Of a stretch of DNA of 64,000 nt, positions 61,433 through 64,000 are shown in pieces. Each line of letters begins with the position of its first letter. The stretch's first letter is position 1. The notes beneath the pieces were generated by a model, which did no database searches, was not told the origin of the DNA, and was given only the letters and a program-made list of their open reading frames with translations. A program made the position numbers and the translations under genes. This DNA is from Savitreella phatthalungensis (lineage: Eukaryota), in contig AP039715.1 of NCBI GenBank assembly GCA_051599415.1, forward strand, positions 248,001 to 312,000, in the 5' to 3' direction.

Positions 61433-63124
61433 ATGTCTGAGGAGAAGAAGCTTACAGCCAAGGAGCTCAAAGCTTTGAGGCGGGCTGAGAAAGTTGCTGC
61501 TCGTCCAGGTGGTCCTCCGGCCCCTGGTGCTTCCTCAGCTACACCTGACGCTGGTGCACCCGGCCCATCGCGACCAGCTACTTCATCTCCAGCTCAGCCG
61601 CAGCCTTCATCTGCAGCTCCACGTCAACAGCAGGCATCATCTCGTCAGCAGCCTGCAAAGAAGCAGCAGCAGCAGCAATCGAACCACCAAGGAGCTTCTC
61701 AATCTGCACCGCGATACGCTCAGGCGCTCCTGCGTCCGCAGCTGTTCCAACACCTTGATAACAAGAAGCGGATATCATCTGAAAACATTCCGAAGGACAT
61801 CCATCCAGCCATCTTCACGCTTGCATTGAGATACTCATCAGGCACTGTGTCGGGGTCAAACGCACGATGTGTCGCCATGCTACAAGCGTTCAAGGACGTC
61901 ATTCGCGACTACGTAACGCCGAACGGCACCACGCTTGCTCGCAACCTCTCGACCTACCTCTCCCTTCAGATCTCATACCTCGTTGCTGCGCGACCGCTTT
62001 CTGTAACCATGGGCACTGCTATCCGCTACCTCAAACGAGAGATCTCAACCCGATCGATCGACAAGCCTGACGACGTGCTGAAGGAGGAGCTCCACAGCGC
62101 GATCGAAACATTTGTCAGGGAGCGTATTGACATGTCCCGAGCGGTGATTGCACGCTCTGCTGCAGGCAGAATCCGCGACGGAGACGTCGTCCTCGTCTAT
62201 GCTCACTCAACCACAGTTCTCTCAACGCTACGCGAAGCAGTCCGACGCGGTCGTACTTTCGCAGTCGTCGTCGTCGACAGCAGACCAAGATTCGAAGGAC
62301 GTAAAATGTTGAGCGACATCCTCGCTATCGGATCAGGCAACACAACGACCGCCCCGACCGTTGTGGTCGACGCCTTCTCGCCAGACGGCAGCATGGTCCT
62401 ACCCACACAGCCAGCGACTCCTGCTCCAGAACCTTACACCGATGAGGAGGATGAAGACGATGATGACAATGAGGATGAAGATCGCGGCGAGGACACCACG
62501 CGACGGAAGCGACGAGGAGGACGCATCACACGAGCAACATACGTCCACCTCTCTGGCCTCGACTACGTAATGCCGCTGGTAACGAAAGTGCTCTTGGGCG
62601 CTCATGCGCTCCTTGCCAACGGCGCCTTGTACTCTCGTGCAGGGACAGCTGTCGTTGCCTGCGCAGCGCACGCCAAGCAAGTTCCCTGCGTCGTTCTCGC
62701 GGAGACGTACAAGTTCAGCGAGCGCGTTCTCCTCGACTCGTTTGTGATGAACGAGATTGGTCCTGACGCCATGCTCGCCTTGCCCACCTCCCATCATGCA
62801 AAAGCCAACAACGATGACGAGTCTTCTCCACAAGCACCGCCGTCCGCTCCGCAAGGCAAAACCGGTAAGCAGCCTGACAAACATCCCAACAAGCCCGACA
62901 AGGCCGGTGCACCGAACGACAACGCCGCCAACCCTTCAAAGCAACCGCTCTCAGGCGAAGACCTCATCAGCGCAGGCAGACTCACTCGACTAGATCTCCT
63001 CTACGACGTCACCCCTGCCAAGTACCTCACTCTCTGCGTCAGCGAACTAGGCTCACTCCCAACAACCGCCGTCCCAGCGGCACTTCGCGAGCAATCACGC
63101 GATCTCGGCATCGTCGCAGCTTAG
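61433..63124 (+). CDS. GCD2: Translation initiation factor eIF2B delta subunit
   Basis: LTAKELK, LFQHL, IHPAI..L, GSNARCVAML.AFK.VI.DY, RPLSVTMG.AIR.LK, VVDSRPRFEG, LGAHALLANG..YSRAGTA, ETYKFS, YDVTP. First ATG at 61433. Confidence 0.93.
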   Translation: MSEEKKLTAKELKALRRAEKVAARPGGPPAPGASSATPDAGAPGPSRPATSSPAQPQPSSAAPRQQQASSRQQPAKKQQQQQSNHQGASQSAPRYAQALLRPQLFQHLDNKKRISSENIPKDIHPAIFTLALRYSSGTVSGSNARCVAMLQAFKDVIRDYVTPNGTTLARNLSTYLSLQISYLVAARPLSVTMGTAIRYLKREISTRSIDKPDDVLKEELHSAIETFVRERIDMSRAVIARSAAGRIRDGDVVLVYAHSTTVLSTLREAVRRGRTFAVVVVDSRPRFEGRKMLSDILAIGSGNTTTAPTVVVDAFSPDGSMVLPTQPATPAPEPYTDEEDEDDDDNEDEDRGEDTTRRKRRGGRITRATYVHLSGLDYVMPLVTKVLLGAHALLANGALYSRAGTAVVACAAHAKQVPCVVLAETYKFSERVLLDSFVMNEIGPDAMLALPTSHHAKANNDDESSPQAPPSAPQGKTGKQPDKHPNKPDKAGAPNDNAANPSKQPLSGEDLISAGRLTRLDLLYDVTPAKYLTLCVSELGSLPTTAVPAALREQSRDLGIVAA

Positions 63125-63207
63125 CGTAACATACCGAACCATTCACAAGTACCCAATAACTCGCTGTAATTTCCGTGTACAATCTACAATCTATGAGGAA
63201 TGACCTG

Positions 63208-64000
63208 CTACTCCCACTCAATCGTTGCCGGTGGCTTTTGGGAGATGTCGTAGACGCATCGATTGACGCCAGCGACTTCGTTCAGGATGCGCGAGGACAC
63301 CTTCCTCAAAAACTTTGCCTCAAAGTCGAACCAGTCGCAGGTCATAAAGTCGGAAGTCTCGACTGCGCGAAGCGCTATCACCTGCTCGTACGTGCGCTTA
63401 TCTCCGGCAACGCCGACTGCGCGGACCGGAAGCAGCGCAGCATAAGCCTGAGCAATCTTGTCGTACAATCCAGCAGCCCTGATCTCGTCAATGAAAATCT
63501 TGTCTGCTGCCCGCGCAATCCGACACTGGTCGGCAGTGATGGGGCCGAGGATCCGGATGGCGATGCCAGGACCAGGGAACGGGTGGCGGCCGACAAGTTC
63601 AGCAGAGATACCAAGCTCGCGACCCATGGCACGCACCTCGTCCTTGAATAGCTCCCGCAGAGGCTCTATCAGTTTCAACTTCATGTCCTTCAGGAGACCG
63701 CCGACGTTGTGATGGGTTTTGATCGTTTGGGAGGGACCTTTGAACGAGATGGACTCGATCACGTCAGGGTACAAGGTGCCCTGGAGGAGGTAGTCGATCT
63801 GGCCTCCGGACGAGGCATCGATCTCCTTTGCCACGCGCTCAAACACCCGGATGAATTGGTTGCCGATGATCTTGCGCTTCTGCTCAGGATCGCTCACACC
63901 TTCCAACAACCCCAGAAACTCGGCCGAAGCATCCTCCACACGCAGGTTGATACCCAAATCACCTTGCAGCGTCTTCTTCACCTGCACAGCCTCATCCAGT
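63208..64000 (-). CDS. GUA1: GMP synthase, C-terminal part; 5' end lies outside the window
   Basis: [67 protein letters not shown]. Confidence 0.97.
   Translation of the reverse strand, partial: LDEAVQVKKTLQGDLGINLRVEDASAEFLGLLEGVSDPEQKRKIIGNQFIRVFERVAKEIDASSGGQIDYLLQGTLYPDVIESISFKGPSQTIKTHHNVGGLLKDMKLKLIEPLRELFKDEVRAMGRELGISAELVGRHPFPGPGIAIRILGPITADQCRIARAADKIFIDEIRAAGLYDKIAQAYAALLPVRAVGVAGDKRTYEQVIALRAVETSDFMTCDWFDFEAKFLRKVSSRILNEVAGVNRCVYDISQKPPATIEWE

Noticed and set aside
21874..63124. eIF2B alpha and delta (and Dis3L2/Pat1) as functional gene clusters
   Set aside because: Separated by unrelated genes (about 38 kb for eIF2B); compatible with chance unless synteny shows otherwise.

Overview
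Gene-dense, very intron-poor eukaryotic DNA from a fungus, most likely an early-branching ascomycete (Taphrinomycotina-like). That placement is inferred from a Bqt4-like gene, Dis3L2, fungal-type CLC/Mnn2/Pps1 genes and short GT..CTRAC..YAG introns. The window holds about 34 protein-coding genes, mostly housekeeping: PKC (partial), Dis3L2, choline sulfatase, U2A', Pat1, Mnn2-type mannosyltransferase, two CLC transporters, Pex4, Aro7, eIF2B alpha and delta, Rieske ISP, PP2A-C, Bqt4, RNase H2C, GNAT, Ynd1, Rpc17, a KDM3-type JmjC protein, Pps1, Dpb3-like, Acl4, Tpa1, Rev7, Bet4, Trx, Bcp1, Jid1-like and Gua1 (partial). Three tRNA genes not in the ORF track were folded by hand: Arg-CCT, intron-containing Gly-GCC and intron-containing Pro-AGG. 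No transposon, CRISPR array or rRNA was recognised. Most notable: (1) an orphan ORF (18703-19455, minus) whose motif order resembles the bacterial RNase P protein RnpA, a candidate nuclear-encoded partner for a fungal mitochondrial RNase P RNA; (2) an intact KDM3/JHDM2-type H3K9 demethylase; (3) a structurally deviant tRNA-Gly(GCC); (4) a telomeric-repeat cluster beside a tRNA in the longest non-coding interval. All calls come from motif recognition by eye; no database searches were run.
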